Shown one piece after another: positions 12,001 to 24,000 of a stretch of DNA of 35,162 bases. Position numbers and translations under genes: made by a program. The notes under the pieces were generated by a model, which saw nothing but the letters and a program-made list of their open reading frames with translations, was not told the origin of the DNA and did no database searches. How positions within the stretch are numbered: position 1 is the first letter of the stretch; every line of letters starts with the position of its first letter. Source of the DNA: an uncultured bacterium (GTDB lineage Bacteria; Omnitrophota; Omnitrophia; Omnitrophales; Aquincolibacteriaceae); contig CAYMER010000070.1 in NCBI GenBank assembly GCA_964389345.1, positions 1 to 35,162 of the forward strand, written 5' to 3'.

Positions 12001-15000
12001 TCCGTTCCCGCTCGATCTCTTCCGTCGTTTTGTCCGGGCTGAACCCGAAACGGGTCAAGCGATTGAAGAGAACGTCGTCGGCAGGCAGTCGAACACGGAG
12101 AACCGCTTCTCCCTGTGTGGTTAGCTCCCGGAGAATGTCAAAAAGTTCGGAGGCGGTTTCTTTTCCGGCTCCGGCTTTTTTCAAACGCTCCAGATCTTGA
12201 TGGCCTTGGTCCAGAACGATCTCCTTCTCTCCGACCCGGGCCTCGGAACGTTTCATCGGCATCGGCTCTTGCGAAAGGATCTCCTCTGCGCCGGGACGGC
12301 GTTCCAGAAAAAAATTAATGGCAAGACTCCATGCGTATTCGTCTGTTGTCTTCTCCGGAATGTTTAAAAGAGTTCTGGCCAAATCCCGCAAGGAAGTTTC
12401 ATCCTCTATTCTCCCGGCATTCTTTGCGCGATCAGCGGCCCGAAGGACCCAATCGACCAATATCTGCTGATAACGACTTGCTTCGCGCGCTTCCGAACGC
12501 GGCGAGAAAGTACCGCTGACGATCACGCGCGTTTTGGATCTCACGACGTCCGGTTTTCCCTTCTCGGAAGCAACGGGCCGGATCATCAATGTCGAAAGAT
12601 CGTTGACCCTTCGAACTCTTTCCCGCCAGAAGATCCGGTAAGATTCATCCGCCTTTAACTGCAAGCCCTTCAAGAATTCAGCGAGATGCTCTTGATCTTC
12701 TTCCTTGAATTCCCCATCGGAGGCATCCAGGATCACGCTTGGACCTCCCTGCGCATGAGAAGATTTTTCAAAAAGAACGGCAAATTGACCTCCCCGGAAA
12801 CTGCTCCGGTCCTTCTTGCCCGCTTTCTCAGCCGCATAACCCGCCGCTTCAAAAACCCGCGCCCGGATGTCCTTACCTAAAACAACCCATCCCGTTTTTT
12901 GGGAAAAGGAAGCTTTCCTGACGTAGCGCCGGAACCCCTCGACAAGATCCCGCACGATATCCGAAAGAAAATTTGAAACGCTGTAGACCGCGCGAAGGAA
13001 CGGACTGGCCTTCCATTCCTTGATCAGTCCCTCGATGAAGGCTTTTTTATCCGAAACCCGGCCGATGCGCTTTTCGAGAACAGAAAGTTCTTTGAACGTC
13101 TTCGCGCCGATCCAGGCGAGGAACTCGAACCGGGTCTTTTCATCGGAGATCAGTTCCGCGAGCTCGGAGCTGTAATAGCCGATCCCGGCGGGCCTTTCGG
13201 CGGACAGTGTCTGTATCGCAAGAAATTCATGACCGACGAGAAAATCCCCTCCTTTAAGGAAGGACGCGCCCACTTCGGCATTGTGTTTGATCCAGAAATC
13301 CGGCGGAAGGCCTATCAAAGGCTCGACGCGCCCTTTGAGCTCGATGAACGGCATGTCGGGCTTATTGATGTCGACACCGCTGAACACCCTCAGTCCGTAT
13401 TCTTTGGCGAGCGCGACGACCCTGCGGATCTCTTCGGGATCGTTCCGGTGCGGCATGATCGCGATCCCGGGCACGCCGATCTCGACCAGGTATTCGAAGA
13501 TCTTCCGGAGGTTCGCCTCTTCGTCGGTCTTGTTCCCTTTGGAATCACCGAGATAAGGATAGATCGGGATACCCCCAGCAGCCTTGATGGCCTTGACCAC
13601 GTCCGCCATAGCCGGGGATTCATCTTCGCCGGGGGCAAAGAAACAAGAGAGTTTCACGCCGGGTTTCAGGAACGCTCCGCGGAGGATCTCCATCGGAACG
13701 TCGATCTCGCCCCGCTTCACGGAATCGATCGCCTTTTGAGCAAGAGCATCATCGCCGAGGATCTTTTTATAATATTCCAGGTTGTCGCCGAGCCGGTACG
13801 CAAGGCCGGCCATCAGATGCCGGTCCGTGGTATTCGCAATCTCTCCCTCGCCTTCTCCTTTTTCCGCCAGGATCGCGACATGGTTGTCATAGTCCACAGT
13901 CACGGGAATCCCGAGCTGCGCGAGCTTTTCATTCACTCGGCCGATCATGAGCTTATTCCGCTCTTCCTTTGCCTTCCGGACTTTCTGGAGCAACGCTTTG
14001 ATCAGTGGGTGGCCCGGGTTCGGCAGCGCGTGGCAAAGGAAATAGATCATATTGGGCACGCCGGGCGCATTCACCACAAGCTTGCCGAGGTCCACGCCGC
14101 CCCGGAGGATCCCGGTCAGGCTTATCCTCATCTCAAACGCGGACGTGAATTTCAGGCCGAGGATCTTCGCGGCCTTGCGGGCGCGCTTGATACCCTCTGG
14201 TGTGTCGTGGTCGGCAATCCCGCCGTTTCGAAGACCCGCGCGACGCAGCCGGTAGACGATCTCTTCGGGATAATAAGGGCTGTAGGAATCCTTGCTATGG
14301 ACGTGAACGTTGTTCTCTTTGGAAAGAGGCGAAACATAAATTTCATCCCGCCGGATCATCTCCGCGAGTTCACGGACCGCATCCATCCGGTCGCTCTCTT
14401 TTTTGGAGCGCAACCGTTTCTCGAGCTCAAATTGCCTTGGCGTGGCGATCTTATGGGCCATTTCACGAAGCAACGGATCCTCCGTGTCAAGAAGGATCTG
14501 CCGGAACTGGTCTACGAACATCGGCGGGATATTGGTGATAAGGTAAGGCAGGTAGCGCCACTTGAAGACCCGCGCCGCTTCCGTCCGATTGCTCACGGCG
14601 GCCGCTTTCAATCTAACGGCCAGGAACGCCATGGCTCCGGTATAATTGCGCTTCTTTTCCGTCTCCTTGCTCGCAAAGAAATTATGGAACTCCGCAAATT
14701 CCGCTTCCGAGCCGAAGCTCCTTACCTCGGAACGAGAAACCGGAGTGAACATAATGTTGTTGATGTTCCGGACAATCTGACTGCGGGTCAGATCCGCGAC
14801 GCCGGGGGCCCCCGAACCGGTCCTGAACTCCAGGTTCCTTAAGACCTGCGCTGGAGTTGCTTTAACGGGAGTCTCGATGCGAAGGGTGGTTCCTTCTGCA
14901 ACCATATGGCCGAGACCATCCCGGGTCTTAAGCCGCGCCCCGATCTGGAAAAGGATCTTTTCAACCGCTATTTCCGGGCTGACAGCAACACCCTCGATCA

Positions 15001-18000
15001 CGGGTTCCCATGCCACTAATTCGGCACGGACCCGTTGAGCAAAAGCCGGAGAAAAGAAAATGATGATCCCGTATCGAGTAAGATCCATTCCAAAATGTTT
15101 TATATTCCTTACAAGACCGGTGCGGAAATCATGTTCTTGGAAGGTCGAGATCAGAGGAACTTCGTCGCTTGCCCCAAAATCCAGGATTCCGGTCCCAAGA
15201 CCAAGCTGTCTCACCAAGATCTCGGCGATTCTGCGGAGAAGGACAACGCCCTCTTCGCCGGTTCTCTGTTTAAGTTCCTCATTAAGAACCAAAAATAGCG
15301 GATCAAAATCAACGATAACATTAAAATCCTTTTTCTCCTGCGACGCCTCCCAAGTCCCCAAGGCCCTCCTGACATGCCCGGCGACAGCTTGAAGGACAAG
15401 AAGTTCCGGCGCATTGCTCGACGGGCGTAAAAGCTTTTGAAGATAACCCTCCACAATCCCGAGTTTCGTCCGGATCTCCGCGACGTTTTCTTTCGTGATC
15501 CGTTCCTTAGACCCATGAAGGACATTCAGGATCTCCTTCATGGCCGGAACAAGAACCTGGTCCACCTCGCTGTTAGAGCGGTTCTCACTCCGCCGAACAG
15601 CGTTTCCTGCTTCGGAACGGGTCTGGTTTGGAGCAGGCGCAATAAAAAAGGAATCGCCGGCGCCGGATACTTCGTAGGCTTCGTTTCTGTCCAAAAGACC
15701 TTTCTCCAATATCTCCTTTAACGCGATCCGTCCCTGGATATCCCATCGCAAGATAACAACACCCTTGAATTTTCCATCCGTGTATTCCCTTAGCCTGGCC
15801 GGATTCTGGGGCTGGCCCCTCAAGACTTCCTGTTGCCATGTCCCGGCCGAATACACCCTCAACCGTTTGGGATCTTTTTCAGGAACAATAACAAGTCTCG
15901 AGTCCCCACCGAATTCTTTCCGGAACAAGGAGGGTATGGTGATCCGGTCTTTAGGATCCAGGTTGTGCGTAAAAGCACCGGCAAAAAGCACTGCCGGATT
16001 TTCGCGTGCTTCAGAACGAAGTTTTTGGGCGACAACCGGCAAGGCGACGAAGCGGCCGGCGGAAAGATCGTTCAACGCTTGCGCGATCTCTGCCGGGGTC
16101 TTTTGATAACCACTCGATGCAACGTCATTAAGAGGGACGCGAACCGCCTCTGCAAGAGGTTGATCTCCCGGGATCATGAAGAGCGGCAAGCGAGTGGTCC
16201 CCGCCTTGAAGGTCCCGTCTTGTCTATCGGAAAAACTAAAGTCAAGAGTAGCGGGCTTGCCGTTATCCTGCTGGGGCCGTAACGTTTCTTTTCCACGAGC
16301 CACTTGGATGGCATAAGTCACGGAGAAGCGATCGCCCAAATCGTCCAGCCTGGTTATAACGCGGTCCGTCAAAATAACCTTAGTGGTCCCGCCTAATACA
16401 GGAATTTCCACCCCTTTCGGCAACGCTTCAATTTCCGCAGGAACGCCGGCGGGGAATTCGATGCGGAAAGTCGTTCCTTGCTTGCCGTCAACGCCGCCCT
16501 CGGGTCCGGTCGATTCCAGACGAACCGTACCGCCGTTCTTCTCGGCCAGTTTCTTGACGATCACGAGCCCGAGCCCTGTCCCTTTTTCTTTGGTCGTAAA
16601 ATAAGGTTTGAATAGTCTTGCCTGTTGCTCTTCCGGGATGCCTGCACCATTATCCGCGATCGAAATAACGACACGCTTGCCGTCGTCAGAAAGTCCGGCC
16701 CTGACCACCACTTCGAGTCCTGATCTTTCCCAAGGGTACATCGGCGCCGGACGCGATTCCTTCGCATTTTTGATAAGGTTGGTAAAGATCCGCTCAAGAT
16801 CGATCTCGTCACCCTTGATGAGCGGAACATCCGGAGCGATTTCAAAGCGAATCCTCCCGCCATATTCGCGCATCCCCACGGAGCGGGACTGAAGACGGAT
16901 GAATTCCCCGATATCCAGTTCGACGATGCGGGAAGGAGCGGGAAGGTCCTTTAAAGAAGCTTCGAGTCTTTCGATCAGGTCGCTGATATTCGAAAGACTT
17001 CGTTCAAACAGCCGGCCCTCTTCCCCTGTTCTCAATGGTTCCGGTATTCCGAGATCTTTGAAAAATTTTTCCAAACTAAATGTCCGCTTCCACTCCAGGA
17101 GCGCTTCAAGGGCGTATTGGCACTGTTTCAGTATCCGTTCGGCGTTCTCCGGGGTTACTTCCGTGCTCCCCCGCGGCGGGATGTTCCTCTCTGCGAGAGC
17201 TTTTTCGATCTCCTTGAAAGGGGCGTCATTGAAAGGAACCTGCTCGTATCTCCATAACCCGATATAAACATCCGCTCCGAATAGTTTGTTATTAATATCG
17301 TGACGGATCTGCGAAAATTCCAGCAATGCCCTCGCCGCATCTTCGACGACATTCCTCGTCTCCGAACGAGCGGCGGGCGGAGTGGACGGCTGAACAGCAG
17401 GAACTACTTTCGCGGGAGCGGATTTTCTCCAGGGTTTTTCAACCCAAAGATAACCGATCGCGAGACCGATCCATAAAACGCCTACGGCGATCGCCAGACC
17501 GATCACCCATTTTGTTAAATTGTCTTTTTTCCGGGGCGCTTGCTTCACCGGCACCGGCGGCTTTGCAGCAACCGACGGAGCCATTGTCCTGGAAACACGC
17601 TGTGGCACCTTTAAAACAATCCTCTTTCCGCCTTTCAAATCGGACGCCGTCCCAGGATGATTGACCGATGAACCAGATTTATTGCCCGTCGAACCGGGAT
17701 TGAGAACAATATGAGTAGCGTGAGCGACAGGGGTGACCGGAACAGCTACTACCGGTTCCGCTTCGATCTCCCAAACAACTTTCTCGAAAAGAGAGGCATC
17801 CGCTGTCCCGATCCCGAACGCTTTCTGAATATAGCCATTCAGATCGATCAGCGGGACAGGATTTCCGTTGTTTATTTCGAAGCGCTTGTGCCCATTTTGC
17901 ACTAACAACTGCCTTAATTTTTCCGGGAGTTTATCCAAGCTTTTGAATTCGACTTTGGAGACCCGGACCTTCCGGAGATCGATTCCTTTGAATTCCGGCT

Positions 18001-21000
18001 TCCCGCTTTTCGTGAAGATTCCCACCATGAGGTCCGCCAGCATCGCCGTTCCTTCCAACTCAAAGTCATACTCTCCAAAAATCATCTCCTTCGGCTCGGT
18101 CCTGATCTCCGAACGTAAGGCGTTTTCGAGCATCGCAGGATCGTTCCACCTGAAAGGTTTTTTGCGGCCGACTTTGATCTCATGCTCGCCGACAGGTTGC
18201 GCGCTGACGCCGAGCCCGGCAAGGACCGTAAGAAGTTGCTCCCGGCTCTGCGGCGTGAATTTTTCAGTACCGGCGCTGATGAGAAGCCCGCCCCGTCCTT
18301 CGCGCTGAACGATCACGTCCGAAAGATCGCTTCGCTGTTCGGAGCGTCCGATTGACAGTTCAAAAGGAGCTGCGGCCTCCGGAAATTTCTCGCGCCAAAG
18401 AATCGGCCCTTTGCCCGGCGCATCTAAAAGAACGCGTAAGGCAGCGCCGAATGTCGCGTGGCTGAAGATCACGCCCGTTTTCCCGTCCAGGATCTTATCG
18501 ATCGCAAGGATCTCATCGGCCGCCTTTTCAAGAAGATCGATAAAGGATTCGCCTCCTCCGACGGAAAGGGTCGCATTGCTATCGTTGCGATACGCCAAGG
18601 ATTCCCGAAGAGCTTCTTCGCCATAATAAGCAAGGATTTCATCGTCCGTTAAATTCTCGAAGCGGCCGTAGCCCATCTCGGCAAGCCCGGGACGTACAAG
18701 CGCTCGCACCTTGAAATGTTCTTCCGAGGGCTCTGCGGTCTCGCGCGCCCGGGTCAAAGGGCTCACGAAAAATCTGAAGACTTTATCGCCGGCAAGAAGT
18801 TCCTTTAAGAAAGAGATCGCCGCTTCGGCCTGCTCGCGTCCGGCAAACGTCAACTGATTGCTCCTCTCGTCCGCGGCCCCTTGATACCGTCGCTTGCCAT
18901 CCGTGCGGTCGAGCTCCATAAGCTCCGTTCTGCCGTGTCTGACAAAAAGGATCCTGGACTTCAACGGGAGCGGTTTGAACTTTTCGGTATAAACGATATT
19001 CCCCGTCTTGGGATCCCAGGAGAGCCCGAACCGATCCAGGATCGCCCGTTGCCTCTCCGTCGGCTCCGTCCGTACTTCAGAACGCTTCGCCTGCAGTCGC
19101 GCATCGATCCGCGTTAAAGCTGCGATGCCTTCTTCATAAACGTGGGCCTTGGACCCGATCGCTTCGGCCCGGTCTCCGACTTCGCGCCGGATCATTTCAA
19201 TCGTCTCGGGGATAGCATCCGTTTGGATCACGAACGGGATCTCAAGCCCCAAGGACTTCATTACGTCGGTGATCGCGAGCGCTGAATTCTTTCTCCGGTC
19301 CTCGGGGCCCATCGCATGATAAGTCCCGATCCCAACCAGGTGAAAATCCAGCAACGCCGCATCAATGGTCGCTCCCTGTTCCGTCAAGATCCGGATGGCT
19401 TCCTCCGCGTCCCGCGCGCCAAGGATCTTTATTCCTGGAAAGATCATCGGGAGATAATCTTGAAGAAGCCCGAAATCCCTTCCGTCATCCACCAGCAGAA
19501 GCGTGGCGATCCCCTGCCGCGCCTCAGAGCGGGTCACTCCCAACCGGGACAATTCTCTGGCGATCGCCGCGTCGCCTCGCAGCGTCCGGAACTCGCTCGT
19601 GCCTTTATCCTGAAGGGTCATCTCGAGGCGCCGCTCGATCGCGTGGTACATCAGGATAAAATTATCCACTTGGGCTTGCGGCTTCGCATAATCCTTGACC
19701 GGCGTCGGTTCGGCGCTCCGGTTCCGCGGATGAGAATGTCCTATCGCCGGCGCGGGGATCATAAAAAGGTTTGAGGAAGCCATGGCGCTCCTGCTCCCGT
19801 AGGACGCGGACAATTCTGCGGCCGTAGGAAAACCCCGGCCTTTGGTCAGGAAAATATACGTTTCGCCTTGCTCCGCCCTGAAGACCTGGAAATAAAATTC
19901 AAACCCGACGTTGAGGAGCGTCTTTAATCGTTCGAGACTGATCGGCCCCTTGAAAACCCACGCCCATTGTCCGTTGTCCGCTTCCCTCGAATCCTGGATG
20001 ACCTGCTCCACCGGCACGGCAAGGGACTCGAAAGCCGGGAAGAAGAACTGCTCGAGGACCGCCTGTTCATTCTTAATATTGCGGTGAGCGTTTTCTTCCC
20101 GTTTTTCAAAGCTTACTGGCTCTGAACCGTCGATCGCGGCGACTTTCCTTGAGAAAAATTCATCGATCGCGTGGTTGGCCACGAAGATCTCGATATCATC
20201 GTTTGTCCGCAACAGGGCACTGATCTGTGCGCGCAGGTTCTTCGCATTCACGGACTTTTGTCCCGCCACGGCGGGCGACTGGAAGATCCTTTTCGGGCCT
20301 TTTTCGGCTTTTAATCCCTTGAGAAATTCTCTTACACTCCCTACATTAATTTTTGCGGCAGGGCTGACCGGGGCTAATTCCTCGTAGATCGCGAGCGCCT
20401 CATTGGCCAGCGCTGCGGCCTGCAGACGGTCTTCGGTGCCTTGCGCCCGCTGGAACATCCGGGTCGCTTCGCTCAGCCTCGCATCAACATTTTCCCGAAC
20501 CTCGGAGCGGGCTGTTGGGGCCTTGAATTCTTCGATCGCTTCCGGACTTAATACGTACCATCCTTGTCGCGGCCCCGAACCTTCAGAGCGCGTTCTTTTC
20601 GGAAAATGACGAATGTATCCTTCCAGCACGGCGCGCTGGAAAGACGGCCGCAGAGCCCCTGCCGGTTCTTTCAGCTGTCGCAGCGGTAAAATGCGCGGGA
20701 ACCGGCTCATGTCGCCCGTGAGGAGATCGACCTCCGGGAGATGCCGCAAAATGAAGCTGAACATGAACGGAGACAACGGGTTTTCTCTTTTTTGAACAAG
20801 ATAGCGAAGGAGCCCCTGCATCCGCTGCAGGACAAGTTCCGGCGACAACTCTTTATTAAGAACGATCCCCCGCGCCTCCGAACGGTTTCCCGATCCGGAG
20901 GGCTGCGCTCCAGAAGTGCCGGATGTCCCTGGGAGAGCCTCTGCTTTTTTCTGGGATCTTTTCCATAACCGAAAGCGATAAATAAAATCCGCGATCGATG

Positions 21001-24000
21001 CCGCAAAAATAACGGCCAAGACCACTTTCGCCCTGGAAGACCATGAAAGCCCAAAGGCAAGCCCGATTCCTCCCAACCAAAAAGGCATCGCGACAGCTTT
21101 GATCAACATTGTTTTTCTCGCTTCTCGCTTTTCGCCCTCTTGTCCTCTCGCCTCGGAGCGGGCGGAAAATCCGGGGTAGGAAACTTTGCCATAGAGCGCG
21201 CTCAGGACCTGCATGCAGGTCTTCGGATCTTCAAAAACAATGAGGCCGTTTTGCCGCAAACGGTCCCGGATCGCTTCCGCGTCCGGCGAAGGGTCGGTCC
21301 CCGCGAGAATGACCGGCTTGGTATGCGGCAGGCTTTCAAGGAACTGCAGAAATGCCTTGTTCCCTCCCGGTTCGGCCGCCTCCGTGTGGACCCATTGCAA
21401 ATAGCCGCTTACGATCACGTCGAATTTCGGGGAGGCCATGAGGTGTTCGATGAGCGGCCTGGCATGATCTTTCAGGGTGGAAGCCCCGGTGATATCGAAA
21501 AAATTTCTCGAATGGTCACCGAGCTTGAACTCCCTAATGAGCCCGGCAAGCTCCGGACCGGGTTCCGGCGTCACGACCGCCGGTTGATAAGCTTCGCGCA
21601 GTGCGATCACGGCATCCCTTGCGACGCCGACGTCGTGGCCGCTTGTCCAAAAATTAAAGACCCGGGCGCCGCGCTTAAGCCCCGGATGGGTATATTTCGA
21701 CAACGCTGCCGCGGAACTGAGGATCTCCACCCAGAGTTTGTCGTCGTTGGTGACGACCGCTCCCGCCTGTTCGAACACAGACGCGAAATGCTCATACTTC
21801 CCGGCCTCGGCTCCCGTATGACCGGACACGGCCGCCGCTCCTGCGTCCGTAAGGCCTTGTTTGCGGATCACCACGCACACGCCCCGCTCCCGCGCCTCGA
21901 GGATCAGTTTCTGCAACCGGCCCGCGTCCTCGAAGTCGCGCAAGCCTTCTATATAGAGCCCGACGACCTTGATCGCCGGATCGTTCTCCAAGATGTATTC
22001 CAGAAAATCCGCGGCCCCGAGGTCGAACGCGTCGCCGTTGGGAACGGCGTATTTGACCTTGCCGTACCAGCGATTGAAATAACTCACGGCCGCCGCGGTC
22101 AGCCCGCCGCTTTGCGCGATAATCGCGACGTTCCCTTCCTCGAACACGTTCATGGCCGAGGATTTTCCCGCGAACGTCGCCCTTAAGCCGGGGATGACGG
22201 GGCCCATGGTATTCGGCCCGAAAAGCGCCGCCCCTTTGGGCGCCTTGGCCGCAGCGGCCTTCAGCTGCTTCGCGAACCTCCGGTTCTTGCCCTCGAACCC
22301 GCTGGCAATGATCATTACTTTTTTTCCGGCAGCGAGAAGTTTTTCCGCTTCCAAGGTGGCCGCTTTCGGACCCATGCAGACAATATAAAGGTCCGCATCC
22401 TTCGCGGGGCCTTTATTCCACTTCGGAATGAACGGGATCGCGGGACTGCCGGTCCGCTGGAAACTTTCCCCTCTTTCCGCGCCGTTCTTGTAAACAAAAT
22501 GAAGTTCGGCCAGTCCTCCGGTCCGGAAACTTTCCATAAGATGGTCCATCATGTTCACGATCTGGCCCCTGGGACTCGCACCGATCACGGCAATACTTCT
22601 GGGATGAAGCACTTCCCTGATCCGTTCTACGTCACCGATAAACCGCAGTTCGGGTTTTTTCCCGACCTGCATCACGGCACCACGGACGTCGATGACCCCA
22701 TTCTTATCGCACAGGAGCGGGTTGATATCGACTTCCCGGATCTGGTAGCTTCCTTCCCGATCGTATTTTCGCTTGAACAGGACCAGCTGCCGGATGATGC
22801 GCCTGAGCTTTGCGATGTCCTTTTCTTCCTTGAACGGAAGCCCGAGCTTCCGGTAATTGCCATAGACAAGGTCCCGGCCGTACTTCGTGGACCGGATAAG
22901 GTCTTCGATCTTGAACGGGAACCGGTAGTCACGGAACGCGCTGTCCGAACGCCAGTTCACCAGCTTTCCGCCTTCGCCGAAACTTATGAGCCGGCCGTTA
23001 ACCGTGTCCGCCAGGCCCAGGAGCATTTCGCTGACTTCGTTTGCCTTGTCTGCCGACTCGTAGACCATCACGCCTTTTGCGCCGGGAATATCGAACATCC
23101 GGGGAAGAATGGCCGCGGCCTCCTCGCGACTGACGACATTCACGCCTTTGACGTTCCCGGAACCTTTGTCGGATTTATGGAGCTCGGACGTAATGATCTT
23201 AAGGACCAGTTCGCCGTTCCCCGGGAATTCCGGCAAAGGATCTTCCTTTTTCCACACAAACTTGAAATCCGGCACCGGGATCCCGGCGGCTTTAAAGATC
23301 TCGAAAACTTCGTGTTCATAAAGGGTCGTGCGGCTTTCCGGTTCGGCGAGCGCTTTCGCGATCAGCTCATCTGCAACCCGCACCGCCTCTGCCAGATCGG
23401 GAGATTCGCTAGCGCGCGCCTCCGAGCGGTTTAATTCTGTTTCCGCAGCTTCGGGCCCGGCTTCGAATGCTTCTATCAGATCCTCTGCTTTTTCAATGTC
23501 CTCCTCGACGCCAAGGTCCCGGATCCGCCTTAACAGCTCATCGATTTCAATCTCAATGTCCTCGATAACGTCCCGGTCCCGGTCCTCGACGGGCTCGCTC
23601 ATGTTCTCATCAAGATCCCATAAAGCTCCCTGAAGCTCTCCCAGCAAGATCCCGGAAACTTCTTTTTCCAAAGACAGCTCCTCTTCTGTTTCATTTCCTT
23701 CCGGCATTTGCTCCGCGTCGTGTCGCGCGCGCGCCGGTTGCCGGATCATGTTGTCCAGGATGACCTCGAATCCTTTTTTCCAATTCAGATCACTTGCCGC
23801 AACCCCGGACTTCAAGGCCCGCAACTCGTCTTCTGTCAGGTCCCGGAGCGCCCTTTTGACCTCTGCTTTCCAGGAAGCAAGATCCTCTTTTGTGAAGTCT
23901 CCGACGACCTTATATCCCGAAATTTTGCTAATAAAAGACAGGGGGGTTACCGCGGGTTTTTCTTGCCGGTACCTTTCCTGTGTGAAGAAAAAGGGATCCA

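Noticed and set aside
13229-14842. Long plus-strand ORFs in the track (13229-14842, 537 aa; also 26714-27769, 21140-22186, 22499-23434, 2069-2992, 8162-9061 and 3140-3862) as candidate genes.
   Set aside because: They lie antisense to the giant minus-strand frame. Their translations are Arg/Pro/Gly/Leu-rich with no recognisable motifs, whereas the opposite strand in the same places encodes clear PHP, aldolase, acyl-CoA synthetase, GT35 and glycosidase signatures. These are typical shadow ORFs of a long, GC-biased gene.
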